Source of the DNA: Naegleria gruberi
Lineage: Eukaryota
Direction: 5' to 3' (one strand)
DNA: 64,000 bases
Assembly: GCA_000004985.1 (NCBI GenBank)
Contig: GG738892.1
Shown: positions 53,691 through 63,998 of the stretch, one piece after another
Numbering within the stretch: position 1 is the first letter of the stretch
Layout: every line of letters begins with the position of its first letter
Made by a program: the position numbers and the translations under genes
The notes under the pieces: model-generated
What the model saw: the letters and a program-made list of their open reading frames with translations, nothing else
Told to the model about the DNA's origin: nothing
Database searches by the model: none

Positions 53691-55178
53691 ATGGAAACCA
53701 CCACAACTATTGATATTCAAGCCTTGAAGAAGGAATTGGTTTTAGATTTGATTCAAATTGGTGCTTTGAAATTTGGTAGATTTACATTAAAGTCCGGCAT
53801 TGTTTCTCCTTTCTATGTGGATTTGAGAATTATTGGACCAAAAATGTTGCGCCAATTTTCTGTACTGTTATATCATGTGATGACAGTAAAGGGATTGACA
53901 AACATGGAAAAGAGAGTTATTTGTGGTGTTCCTTATAGTGCATTGACATTCTCATCCTGTATGTCCATGACTTATGATTTACCTATGGTTATCTGTAGAA
54001 AGGAAAGAAAGCAATATGGTACTGGAAATATGGTTGAAGGTATCTACACTAAGAATGAAACTAATTGTATCTTAATTGAGGATGTCATTACTAGTGGAGC
54101 TAGTATTGTAGAAACTGCTGAAAAATTGGAAAATGAAGGACTTTTGGTGACAGATGCTCTCGTCTTTTTGACAAGAGAACAACTTCCACTCACCAATGGT
54201 ATGCACATCTTGAAGAAGGGAGAAAAGGTTTACAATGTTCATCCATGTTTGACCATGACAGAAGTCACACAAGTTTTACTTGACGAAGGTAAAATGTCAC
54301 AAGAACAAAGAGAAGATATTCTTCAATTTATTGGCACTAATACTTTCTCGGAAACCAAGACAACTGCTGTGCCACAAAAGAAGAAGGAACTCACATTTAC
54401 TGAAAGAGCTGAATTGACAAACAATGAATTCTCAAAGAAATTGTTCAAGTTGATGGAAGAAAAGCAAACTAATTTATGTGTTGCTGCTGATATTACTAGT
54501 AAGGATGACCTTTTGAAATTGGCTGATGAAACTGGTCCAGAAATTTGCATGTTAAAGACTCACATTGATACTTTGGATGATCAACCAGATGAACAATTCA
54601 CTCAACAACTCAAAGAATTGGCTAAGAAGCACAACTTTTTAATTTTCGAAGATAGAAAGTTGGCTGATATCGGCCAAGTTGTCAAGCAACAATATGCCAG
54701 AGGTCCATTCAAAATTGCTCAATGGTCTGATCTCTGTAATTCTCACTTGGTTAGTGGTGGATCTGCTACTGTTAAGGCTTTGAAGGAATCTCTCAAGGAA
54801 GAAAATATTACTGAACCAAGAGGTTTGCTCTTGATTGCTCAAATGAGTACTGAAGGTGCCACTACTGGTGAATCCACAAAGCAAGAAGCACTCAAGGTTG
54901 CTTTGGAAAATCCAGATTTTGTCAGTGGTTTCATTTGTCAAAGCAAATTGAGAGATGATCTCGATCAATTCCTCTACTGCACTCCTGGTGTTAGACTCGA
55001 TGTTAAGGGAGATTCATTGGGCCAACAATACAACTCTCCAGAGTATGTAGTTTGTGAAAAGAAGTGTGATGTCATTATTGTGGGTAGAGGTATTTACCAC
55101 GACAAGGAACGTCAAAATGCTGCCAAGTTGTACAGAAAGCTTGGTTGGGAAGCTTATCAAAAGAGAATCCAACAATAA
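53691..55178 (+). CDS. UMPS: Bifunctional UMP synthase (orotate phosphoribosyltransferase fused to orotidine-5'-phosphate decarboxylase)
   Basis: Single exon. The N-terminal OPRTase has the PRPP-binding LIEDVITSGASI. The C-terminal OMP decarboxylase has DRKLADIG and the Asp/Lys catalytic blocks (LCVAADI...LKTHID). Confidence 0.9.
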   Translation: METTTTIDIQALKKELVLDLIQIGALKFGRFTLKSGIVSPFYVDLRIIGPKMLRQFSVLLYHVMTVKGLTNMEKRVICGVPYSALTFSSCMSMTYDLPMVICRKERKQYGTGNMVEGIYTKNETNCILIEDVITSGASIVETAEKLENEGLLVTDALVFLTREQLPLTNGMHILKKGEKVYNVHPCLTMTEVTQVLLDEGKMSQEQREDILQFIGTNTFSETKTTAVPQKKKELTFTERAELTNNEFSKKLFKLMEEKQTNLCVAADITSKDDLLKLADETGPEICMLKTHIDTLDDQPDEQFTQQLKELAKKHNFLIFEDRKLADIGQVVKQQYARGPFKIAQWSDLCNSHLVSGGSATVKALKESLKEENITEPRGLLLIAQMSTEGATTGESTKQEALKVALENPDFVSGFICQSKLRDDLDQFLYCTPGVRLDVKGDSLGQQYNSPEYVVCEKKCDVIIVGRGIYHDKERQNAAKLYRKLGWEAYQKRIQQ

Positions 55179-55324
55179 ATTTCTGATGAAATTGTAGGCA
55201 AAAAACAAAGTTGTTAAGTGATTTTCAAAGTTTCAAAAAATGTTGCCCTACTGTTCGTCGGGGAGCGGCGAAAATAGGTAAGCTAGTGGGTGGTAAATTT
55301 TTGTAAATATTTTTAATAAGTTAT

Positions 55325-58141
55325 TTAAAAGTGAAGATCCAAACCAGAAACATCACCAATTTCACTATCGTCGACTAAATTGATATTTTCAGTATCAACC
55401 TCATCATCAGAGCTAAAATGGGCAGCATCCTCAAAGTCTTCCTTATCAGTATTGTTGTATTTTGTTTCTGGGAGCTTTAAAGTTGATTTTTTAGGTGTTT
55501 CAACCATACGTTGTTTTGTCTTTTGTTCTGGTTTTTCTGTGACCTCAGAAACAGTTCTCTTCTTTGAAGATTCTGGTTCCTTTTCCACTTCCTTGGTCTT
55601 TTTAAGCACATCCTTGAGTTTGTTCAATCTTCCTTCAACAGCTGTAGAAGCAGCCTTTAGGACTTCCTTGACAGGTTCTTCTTGTTCTTCTTCGTCGTCT
55701 TCCTTAGTGTTTTTAAGCACGTGCTTAAGTTTGTTCAATCTTCCTTCAACAGCCTTAGAAGCAGCCTTTAGGACTTCCTTGACAGGTTTCTCTTGTTCTT
55801 CTTCGTCATCTTGCATTTGTTCTTCTTGACTTGATTCTTCCTCAGCTTGTTCTTCCTCTTCATCTTCGCTTTCTTGATTTTCAGACAATGACATTAATCT
55901 GTTGGCAAATCGTGATTGACTATCATTTTCGTGAATTTGACTCTTTCTAGAATTGACAGACGATTCATTTACAGATTCTGCAGAAGGAACATACAATGGA
56001 GCAGACTTTGGATGCAAAAAGCTTTCAAAGATATTAAGACCCATCATTGAAGAAGAGACAATTTCTGGAATGGCACTTGATTTACCTCTTTGAAGAGCAT
56101 TCAAAGCAATAGTTGTGAATGGGGATTGTGTATGAACGGATGAAGTAGATAAAAGGGATGGAACAAGAGCATCGTACATGGCTGTAATAATCGGTATTAA
56201 ATCTTCATGATAACTTTTAACTTGTGAAGCACTGTAAATTGAAATGTTACTTGTCGAGAAGAATTCATCCAATTCATGCCACTTGTTAATAAATCCGAGA
56301 GAATTTGTAATAAAGTCAACCAATGTTGAAAGAACGTCAACAACTGAATTTTCAGCCTCAGAAGCTGATCTGTATCGTGAAGAGTCAACTTGACGAGTTG
56401 TTGACACAAGAACACTAGTATTATTCATCATATGTTGAATACACTTGAGTGTGACAAACACAACTCGAGAGTATTGAGAGAAAATTTCTGGATTCAAAAT
56501 CAAATCATCTTCAACCTTCATAACCTTCTTCTTCTTCTTTTTCTTCAATGAGAGCTCGTAATTTTCAACATGATTTTGTTGTTGTAATTGAGTGAGTGGA
56601 AGTGAAAATACTTGATGATCAACAAAGTGAGTAAATTGAGAAATAATATCCACCAAGTGAGGTAAAACAACTTGAGTACATTTTTCACTGACTTTGGCGC
56701 CATGTTTGGCAGTCATGATTGATAAACATCTCATCAATTCCTTATAAACTTCAAAGTATGGTTCACTGTTGCAATAGTCACACAAAGCTATCAGCATTGA
56801 GCTCTTCCAATTTCTAGTTTCAGTAACAAGAATTTGACAAATACTGTTCATATATGGGAGTAATTGTTCTCCACCCAAATTAATCAAGGCAGAGAGTGAC
56901 TTTAAGCATTCAGAGTGAATGGTTGGAAGGATGACTGCGTAGAAAGAGGATTGTAATTTGGTACCATCAGTTGTGGTTGTGTACAAGATTGATCTGATTT
57001 CCTTGTTTGGTTTTTGCAAAACTTGAGTAGAAATAGCTTGAAGGAGGAAAGCTTCTTGAAGGACTCTATTAATCAAAAGTTGGGTGTTAATGTTAAGAGT
57101 GAAAGGATAAGCTGTAGTGAGGGCTCTTTGTAACATTGTGCTGTAAACCTTGAAAAGTTGACAGAATTCCAAAGGAGAGAGAATGGTATCTTCCAAAGGA
57201 GCTGGTTCTTCGCTATCCTTATTGGATGGATTCAAATTAAAAATCTTTTGAATATGTTCCAAGTGAGCATCAGCAATGTCATCCTTACGGCCACCGTATA
57301 ATAAATCTCTTGGATCTGGATAGATGAGTTTGTAACATTCGTTAATCAAAAATTGGAGAACGTGACATGTTAGTTCAATGAAACTCTTGTGAGCTTCTTG
57401 TTGATTAGTTTCGAAATAACACAAAACTGAAGCAACCATAGCCTTCAAAAATACAATATTATTGGTCTGTTCTCTCTTTCCTTTCAATGTTGAAATAAGT
57501 CCTGACAAGGATTCTAGATAGGATGTACCAGCAACTGTATTTTCCAATTCATTGATTGATTTTTCTTTTGTTATCTCCTTACAAAGATATGAAGAAATTG
57601 ATTTCAAATCATCAAAAGGACCTCCCTTTTGAGTTGTGATAACCTTAAGACCATTTCTCAATAATCCATTATGTAAAATTTCAAAAATCAAAGTTAAACA
57701 ATCTTCAATTGAAGCATAATTCTTATCTGAAGCATTTTCCATAGCTTTAACACATTTAATGAGCATATTCAATCTCTTTTTAGTTTCTCTTTGAACATCT
57801 TCAAAATTCAAAGTTTGATATTGTTGTTTTTGAAGAACTTGTGTTCTCTTCTTTCCACCATCAAGAATTTCCAAAATATCCTCCTTTTTAAGTGGCACAA
57901 ACTCTCCCCAAGCTTCCGACTCTTTCTTTTCAATCTTTGGTTGTTTTTGTGTACTAGATGAAAGAACTGATTCATCAAGTGTACTTTCTAAATTATCAAT
58001 CTTTGAAAAAAGGTCACGGAAGCTTTGAATAAGTAATTTTTGGGAATTTCCATCCGAAGAAGCATTCAAAGAAGTTGATGATGACATTTTTTTGTTGCAA
58101 CTTTTTTTGAAGCCTTTTTTTATTGAATTTATTTTCATCAT
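55325..58141 (-). CDS. Large helical hypothetical protein (938 aa) with an acidic C-terminal region containing a tandem 39-aa repeat
   Basis: Long intact ORF that appears helical-repeat rich (my impression, no confirmed domain). The C-terminus carries EEEQEKPVKEVLKAASKAVEGRLNKLKHVLKNTKE twice, and it ends in an acidic patch DDEVDTENINLVDDSEIGD. Confidence 0.5.
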   Translation of the reverse strand: MMKINSIKKGFKKSCNKKMSSSTSLNASSDGNSQKLLIQSFRDLFSKIDNLESTLDESVLSSSTQKQPKIEKKESEAWGEFVPLKKEDILEILDGGKKRTQVLQKQQYQTLNFEDVQRETKKRLNMLIKCVKAMENASDKNYASIEDCLTLIFEILHNGLLRNGLKVITTQKGGPFDDLKSISSYLCKEITKEKSINELENTVAGTSYLESLSGLISTLKGKREQTNNIVFLKAMVASVLCYFETNQQEAHKSFIELTCHVLQFLINECYKLIYPDPRDLLYGGRKDDIADAHLEHIQKIFNLNPSNKDSEEPAPLEDTILSPLEFCQLFKVYSTMLQRALTTAYPFTLNINTQLLINRVLQEAFLLQAISTQVLQKPNKEIRSILYTTTTDGTKLQSSFYAVILPTIHSECLKSLSALINLGGEQLLPYMNSICQILVTETRNWKSSMLIALCDYCNSEPYFEVYKELMRCLSIMTAKHGAKVSEKCTQVVLPHLVDIISQFTHFVDHQVFSLPLTQLQQQNHVENYELSLKKKKKKKVMKVEDDLILNPEIFSQYSRVVFVTLKCIQHMMNNTSVLVSTTRQVDSSRYRSASEAENSVVDVLSTLVDFITNSLGFINKWHELDEFFSTSNISIYSASQVKSYHEDLIPIITAMYDALVPSLLSTSSVHTQSPFTTIALNALQRGKSSAIPEIVSSSMMGLNIFESFLHPKSAPLYVPSAESVNESSVNSRKSQIHENDSQSRFANRLMSLSENQESEDEEEEQAEEESSQEEQMQDDEEEQEKPVKEVLKAASKAVEGRLNKLKHVLKNTKEDDEEEQEEPVKEVLKAASTAVEGRLNKLKDVLKKTKEVEKEPESSKKRTVSEVTEKPEQKTKQRMVETPKKSTLKLPETKYNNTDKEDFEDAAHFSSDDEVDTENINLVDDSEIGDVSGLDLHF
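55589..55822. repeat. Tandem direct duplication of ~117 bp (two copies, ~90% identical), in frame within the 55325..58141 CDS
   Basis: cttccttggtctttttaagcacatccttgagtttgttcaatcttccttcaacagctgtagaagcagcctttaggacttccttgacaggtt... is repeated immediately downstream with a few substitutions. Confidence 0.8.
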
Positions 58142-58299
58142 TAAAATTCTTCTCCAGCTCCCTGATGATGAATCTAAATAATAGAGAATAAGAGAAGAAC
58201 TCGCAACAATTGTACATATAACATTCCAATTTTATCTTCCTATCTGTTTCATATGTAAAATAAGAAAAATCAAATTGATAGAAGGAGAGGACAAGAATT

Positions 58300-60000
58300 T
58301 TGATAGAGAAAAAAAGAATGTCCACAACAGAATCATCATCAACTCCATCAACAACAGCAAAACCCACAACAGACCAAGTTTTCAAACAATTCCTTCAACA
58401 ATCCAAGACTAAAAAGGAGGAACAAGCATCAGCGGCAAATCAATCATCATCTAATCGATTTGGAGGAAGAACTCTATCTTCTCTCATTGTGGAAAATTCT
58501 CTTCCGAAGAGTGCTCTTGGTAGTGATGATGTAAAACCAACAACATTTACTGAGGAAGAATTGGATAGGGATGATACCTTTACTCGTGTTCAGAAGAAGT
58601 ATCACTTGAGAAATGTCTACCGATTGATGAATATGTGGAGCAAGTGTTCTTCATTACCACAGGAACCAATCCCAAATCATCCCTTTGTTACAAATCAGAA
58701 GAGTTTGGATGTATTGAAATTGGCTTGTAATGTGAGTGGTATGCTAGATAGGAATGAATCATTGAATCTTGCCAATAGATGTCTTCCATCAACTGTAACA
58801 ATTAATGCAATTTGTGGACTGAATGCACAAAATGTTTTGACAAAGGAAGAAGCTTTGGATATGATTACTCAATGTTCGGATTGTTTGGAAGGAAATGATA
58901 GAAATACACAAGCTATGAAACAAGTTTATTTGGAAACAACAGAAATGATTCAAGAACCAACATCTCTCAATGCCTTCCTTCCAAAAGTAAGCTCAATATT
59001 ATCATTTGTTTCAGATGTGGATGGAATGACTGAAGGTCCACAAGCTGAAAAGAGAGAACTATTTGCTGTGAATACTCATCATGACAGCAATAAGAAAATT
59101 ATTTCTAAATTGAAGTTTGCACAAGCAAATTTCTTCAAACCAGAATTCAATGAAATGAGCAAATGCTTGGAAGAGAATGAAAATAATGTAAATAAGTGTA
59201 AATTTGAAACTATGAACTATACAACTCAAACGAGAGCTGTTGCCTGCAGTCGAGAAATCTCACAATGTTTGGATAATTTTTCCTCAATTGCAGCCAAATT
59301 ACATGATTACCAAAAGAGACATACTAAATCGGGAGCAGCCATAGGATTTGGATCCACTTTTAACAGAGAAGAAGAGGAGGAGGATATTTTTGGAGATGAA
59401 GAGGAGAAGAAACCTACAACAGTAAAACAAAAGAAACAACAAAAGAAATCCAAAATACCTGAACCAGTTGTTACTACTCCACCACCTACTGTGGATGAAG
59501 ATGCAAACGATGAGGGTGATGATGGAGTTTTTGGAGCAGACAATGAAGATTACAATGATTCATATAACAGTAGTTCAGTAATTAATTCGAGTAGAAATAG
59601 AGAAAGGAAAAATACTAGTACAAGTAGCAGCAGTATCATTGGAGGACTTTTCTCATCGAGTAACATTCTGAAAGCTTCACAAAAGCAAAAAGAATACGAA
59701 GAAACGATTGAATTTGTTGGAAATTCTGATAGTGCAGCATTTGAAACAACTCCAAAAGAATCCAAAAATGAAATACCAACCAAAGATGACATGGACAATA
59801 TTGAAAGAACCACCATGGAACGATTCACTAAATGCATGTCTCTCTATCAACCTACCATTTCATGTTTAAGGAGAGTTGATAAGGCTCTCCAAAACTCCCT
59901 ATCAAGAGCTCAACGTGCCAATGGAAAAAAGAAGAAAAAAGCCAAGAAACCTAAAAGCCCCTCTGAGCAAATGTATCACTTTGCGGACGAGGATGAATAA
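58300..60000 (+). CDS. Hypothetical protein (566 aa) with acidic and lysine-rich low-complexity regions; the likely start is the Met at 58318
   Basis: Intact ORF. It is transcribed divergently from the 55325..58141 gene with a ~160-bp shared upstream region. No domain recognised. Confidence 0.45.
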   Translation: MIEKKRMSTTESSSTPSTTAKPTTDQVFKQFLQQSKTKKEEQASAANQSSSNRFGGRTLSSLIVENSLPKSALGSDDVKPTTFTEEELDRDDTFTRVQKKYHLRNVYRLMNMWSKCSSLPQEPIPNHPFVTNQKSLDVLKLACNVSGMLDRNESLNLANRCLPSTVTINAICGLNAQNVLTKEEALDMITQCSDCLEGNDRNTQAMKQVYLETTEMIQEPTSLNAFLPKVSSILSFVSDVDGMTEGPQAEKRELFAVNTHHDSNKKIISKLKFAQANFFKPEFNEMSKCLEENENNVNKCKFETMNYTTQTRAVACSREISQCLDNFSSIAAKLHDYQKRHTKSGAAIGFGSTFNREEEEEDIFGDEEEKKPTTVKQKKQQKKSKIPEPVVTTPPPTVDEDANDEGDDGVFGADNEDYNDSYNSSSVINSSRNRERKNTSTSSSSIIGGLFSSSNILKASQKQKEYEETIEFVGNSDSAAFETTPKESKNEIPTKDDMDNIERTTMERFTKCMSLYQPTISCLRRVDKALQNSLSRAQRANGKKKKKAKKPKSPSEQMYHFADEDE

Positions 60001-60140
60001 ATCCACTAATTTATCTCAATATGAGAAATATCAAATCTTAATCGGGGAAATTGATATTTCACAAGACGAATTGCCAGCAAATAGTTTAGGTTTTCAGTTC
60101 ACTAGTTGGTGAGTTATTACTTTTCACAAATCACATAAAA

Positions 60141-60587
60141 AATGTCTTCAAGTGTTACTCTCTCTGTTGATGGAAGTATGTTGTTTAATCTTTGATTTTA
60201 ATTGACTGAAATGATGACAATTATTTGAAATATTAACTAACGTTGCACTGATAAATATTATGTGATGATGCTTGATTATTATTGATTATTATGATGACCA
60301 TTTTGATCCGATCACAGTGTCCTGCGAAGGTAAGAAGAAGATTTTTACTCTCAATATTGAAATTAATAATCATCAAACAATACTGTTCAATAATATATTC
60401 ATTGAAAATTAAAACAGGATGTGCTGGAAGTGTTTCCAAAATTCTCCAACGTGTTCCAGGAGTTGTAAATGTTGTTCAAGTTAGTGTCAAGGAAAAGAAT
60501 GCCAAAGTTAATGTTGATGAATCATTCAAGGCTGAAGATGCTGTTCAATCTCTTGGAAAAGCTGGTTTTACTGCCAAGCAATTGTAA
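60141..60587 (+). CDS. ATX1: Copper chaperone ATX1/ATOX1 (HMA domain), three exons approx. join(60141..60174,60318..60329,60418..60587), including a 12-nt micro-exon
   Basis: Exon 1 is MSSSVTLSVDG plus one base, then a GTATGT donor. The micro-exon is tgtcctgcgaag, flanked by an AG acceptor and a GTAAGA donor. Exon 3 is (G)CAGSVSKILQRVPGVVNVVQVSVKEKNAKVNVDESFKAEDAVQSLGKAGFTAKQL. The spliced product has the MxCxxC metal-binding motif (GMSCEGCAGSV) and is collinear with ATOX1 (FSVDMTCGGCAEAVSRVLNKLGGV). Confidence 0.8.
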
Positions 60588-61817
60588 ATTGTTAAATAAT
60601 ATATTTAAATGTTAATAGATATTGTAAATTAAAGTAAAGAATAAAATTCTTTCCAATCGTCTTCAAGTCGTCTTCAATTATCATCAACATTGAGTAATAA
60701 TTAAACTATTATTTGAGTCTGGAGGTTCTGATTTTCCACACAGAATGCCTTTATAGACGTCATTTGTCAAGACATATCAAAAGGACTTTGGTAAATCAAG
60801 AGCCAAAAAAATTGTTAGAAGAATTAACACTTTATCTTCTCACCATTGCAACATCATCTCCTTTGAAAATCATAAATTCTTTAGAGAATCCAAATCAAAT
60901 CGATGAGTCAACAATTCTCTCCAAGAAACATTCCCTCTCGATTATTAATTGATGTCAATGCTTCCCGAACCACCACCACTACCAGTGGAGGAGGGATTGC
61001 CATTATTAATAATAACAACAATAATAGTCCTCTCCTTTCGGGTACTCCAAGAATCAATTATCCACCATCACCAACAACAATTTCATTATTGGAAGAATCA
61101 ATGTTTAAAATTCCCCTCTCACCAAAGCAAATAGGTTAGTTTCGAGTGATGATTTTTCAAATATTAATTTTCTGTTAATTTCTACTGTTGCTACCATCTA
61201 TGTCCATTGCTTCACTTTGTTAAATTCATATAATTAATATTTTATCGATTAATTGGTGATATCTTTGACAATCGATTTGACATGTACCCTCTCATATTCT
61301 TATTAAAAAAATAACGACGCTTTAAATCACCTTTACTGTGCGTGGTATGATTGGTTCATTCCGCTTTCTCTGAACCACCACGACAAATCATTTTTTCTTC
61401 CACACAACAACTCTACTCAATCCTATCAACTACAACAATTTTGTCTTTTTTGTTTTTGCAAAATTGTGTGCTGATTTGTTTCTCTGACTACAATTCTCTT
61501 TGCCGCCAAATTTTAAAAACAAATTTGTAACGGACCATTTTCTATCTATTTTACGTTTCTTTTGATTGATACAACAATATATATATTAACGTGGTATCCC
61601 ATTCCCTTTTTCCTGCCTATTCCTACTACTATTTTCTTCCATTTTCCCCTCTATTACTCTATTATTATTTTGATTATTATTATTATTTGTTATTATAATT
61701 TATTATCTATTACAACATCAACAACAACAACATTCCTTCGATTTATACTGCTTGCTCTTTTTCCTCCCCCAACAAAACTGTACCCTATAATTATTACCAA
61801 TCAACAATAACAACATC

Positions 61818-63440
61818 ATGATAAACACAACACAACAACAACAACAACCTAAATCTGCTAAATTACTAGATGCCACCAATAAGATTCAAGCCATTCTCGA
61901 TAAACAATTTGATAAGCTGCCAGTGACCAAAGATATTCCAAGATTACTGAAGAAGATTTATTTGATTTCTCCCAAGACAAGATCAGAACAAGCCGAAGAA
62001 GCACACGATGAATCTCTTGCCAATCAACAACAAGAAGATTCTTGGAAACACAAAACCAACATTTCCTTTAATCCTGAAAACCATTCAGATCTTATCACTC
62101 CTGATGACATTCCAAAAGAAATTATATTCTATCAATTCATTGAATCAATAGTGAAAGATGTGTTAAATTCAACCGATCAATTTAATCTTCCAACTTATGA
62201 AGAATATATTTCACACATTGATTTCAATGATCATCGTACTCTCAACAATTATTTGATGCATGCCGTAAAATTTGGAGATTTGGATTTGACAACACCAACT
62301 GAGTCGGAACCTCCAACTGGAAAGGATGAAAACAAGAATCATCTTTTACTTCTCCTCAAATGTTGTCAACAAACTATTGTCATCAATGTTCTGATGGGAT
62401 TACGTGAATTTACAATGAAACATAAGATTCATTTCAAGGATGCTCGTGGTGCTTGGCGTATTTATATTGGTTCTGATAGTCCAAATATTTCAACTTCCTA
62501 CTCTTCATTCTATGTTGCTCATGAACGTTCTGAACAACTATATATGAAACGTCTAGATTGGATGCAACAATACGGAATATCTGATGAAGAATTGGTCAAA
62601 CTTGAAGAAAACGATCCAAGAGAACAAGTCAACTTTGCTAAAGCAGCTATGAAACAATTATTCCAATTTAAGTGGCAAATCAAATTGTGTTTTTCAAAAG
62701 ATGTTGATGGTAGTGATTTCACATTAACACATGTCAATATTTCTCTCCTTGGTATTGATTACAGCAATGAAGATTTAACAGTCAGTCACCAAAAGTATTG
62801 TGAAAAGGAAGTTTCTTTATTGGAACAATACTTTAATATGTTTAAATCTCAAAGTCAAAATGTATCATCACCAATGAGTGCATCATCTGACAATGTGTTC
62901 ACTCCAAGTACACTTGAATTCTCAAAGATAAGTCTTGGAAGTCCATTCAACTCTCCAAGGACGCCTGGTACAGTTAGCAGTCCATCGACTACTGTTAAGC
63001 CATCACCTCTCACAAAACATATTGTGACGACGATTGCTTCACCAGAGGATAACTCTGAATCAAACACAGTTGTAATAACAAATAATAACAATAATAATAA
63101 TACGACATCATCTGTAGTAGTGGAAAATAGAGAGCAGGAAAAAGAGGTTAGTGAAACTGATACTTTAATTTTTAAATCTTCTAACAAATCTTCTTCAACA
63201 CATAACAATTTTGATAATAGCCAAACTCAAATACTGAAAACTAGAGAGTACGGGTCAACTAGCTCAAACCATTCTGATAATGTTCATATTTCAGATATTT
63301 CGAATGAAAATGTTTTATTTTGCATACCACGATCGTTACTAGTGGCGATCCCTGTTGTTGGTAGTTTATTTTCAAAAGTATCCAAATCAGCTCTATCCAA
63401 AGAACAAGACACTGAAGAGAAAAAACTGCTTGATAATTAA
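61818..63440 (+). CDS. Hypothetical protein (540 aa) with a poly-N tract and S/T-rich C-terminus
   Basis: Intact ORF preceded by ~1.2 kb of low-complexity upstream sequence. No family assigned. Confidence 0.45.
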   Translation: MINTTQQQQQPKSAKLLDATNKIQAILDKQFDKLPVTKDIPRLLKKIYLISPKTRSEQAEEAHDESLANQQQEDSWKHKTNISFNPENHSDLITPDDIPKEIIFYQFIESIVKDVLNSTDQFNLPTYEEYISHIDFNDHRTLNNYLMHAVKFGDLDLTTPTESEPPTGKDENKNHLLLLLKCCQQTIVINVLMGLREFTMKHKIHFKDARGAWRIYIGSDSPNISTSYSSFYVAHERSEQLYMKRLDWMQQYGISDEELVKLEENDPREQVNFAKAAMKQLFQFKWQIKLCFSKDVDGSDFTLTHVNISLLGIDYSNEDLTVSHQKYCEKEVSLLEQYFNMFKSQSQNVSSPMSASSDNVFTPSTLEFSKISLGSPFNSPRTPGTVSSPSTTVKPSPLTKHIVTTIASPEDNSESNTVVITNNNNNNNTTSSVVVENREQEKEVSETDTLIFKSSNKSSSTHNNFDNSQTQILKTREYGSTSSNHSDNVHISDISNENVLFCIPRSLLVAIPVVGSLFSKVSKSALSKEQDTEEKKLLDN

Positions 63441-63557
63441 GCAACACTAGTAAACATATTAATGTATTATAATATTTAAATTATCTAGTTTATTCTTCTC
63501 TGTTTAGATTTTAATCTAAATTCGAAACATTCACAAATTAAATAAGAAAATTCCAAT

Positions 63558-63998
63558 TTAATCTTGTTTCTTTTCTGCTTCAACATTGACAGGCAAGTCA
63601 TTTCTTCCACGTTCAATATATGAAATGAAAGCAACTAGTAAACCAATAACTAATTGCACTACTTCAAATTTAACAATTTCTTGCAACTCCGAAGACAAAG
63701 TATCATGCGGATTATTCTTTGTAATGTAATGAATTTTAACAGATGTTGTAATAATCATCACCAAAGACATGACAAACAATAACATGGATCTTCTCTTGAA
63801 GAACAAGGCTAAAAATCCTAAAATTCCCAAAACCATATAAATCCAACCCAATTGTGTAAGTAAAAGAGAAAGAATTCCTACAATTTTCGTTGATCCTGGT
63901 GTAGTAACTGGATCCGATTCAAAAATTACCATCGACTGAATAGCATTTTCTGTATAATTTACATATCCAAATCCGCTGATGAAAAAATCCAAACACAT
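63558..63998 (-). CDS. Small three-helix transmembrane protein (146 aa)
   Basis: The ORF starts 2 bp from the window edge. It has three hydrophobic segments (IVGILSLLLTQLGWIYMVLGILGFLALFF; LLFVMSLVMIITTSV; VVQLVIGLLVAFISYI). No family recognised. Confidence 0.4.
   Translation of the reverse strand: MCLDFFISGFGYVNYTENAIQSMVIFESDPVTTPGSTKIVGILSLLLTQLGWIYMVLGILGFLALFFKRRSMLLFVMSLVMIITTSVKIHYITKNNPHDTLSSELQEIVKFEVVQLVIGLLVAFISYIERGRNDLPVNVEAEKKQD

Noticed and set aside
60903-61139. N-rich ORF (MSQQFSPRNIPSRL...NNNNNN...) in the long upstream region of the 61818 gene.
   Set aside because: It is low-complexity, has no supported splice link to the downstream gene (no usable acceptor before 61818) and no homology. 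It is probably non-coding leader or promoter sequence.
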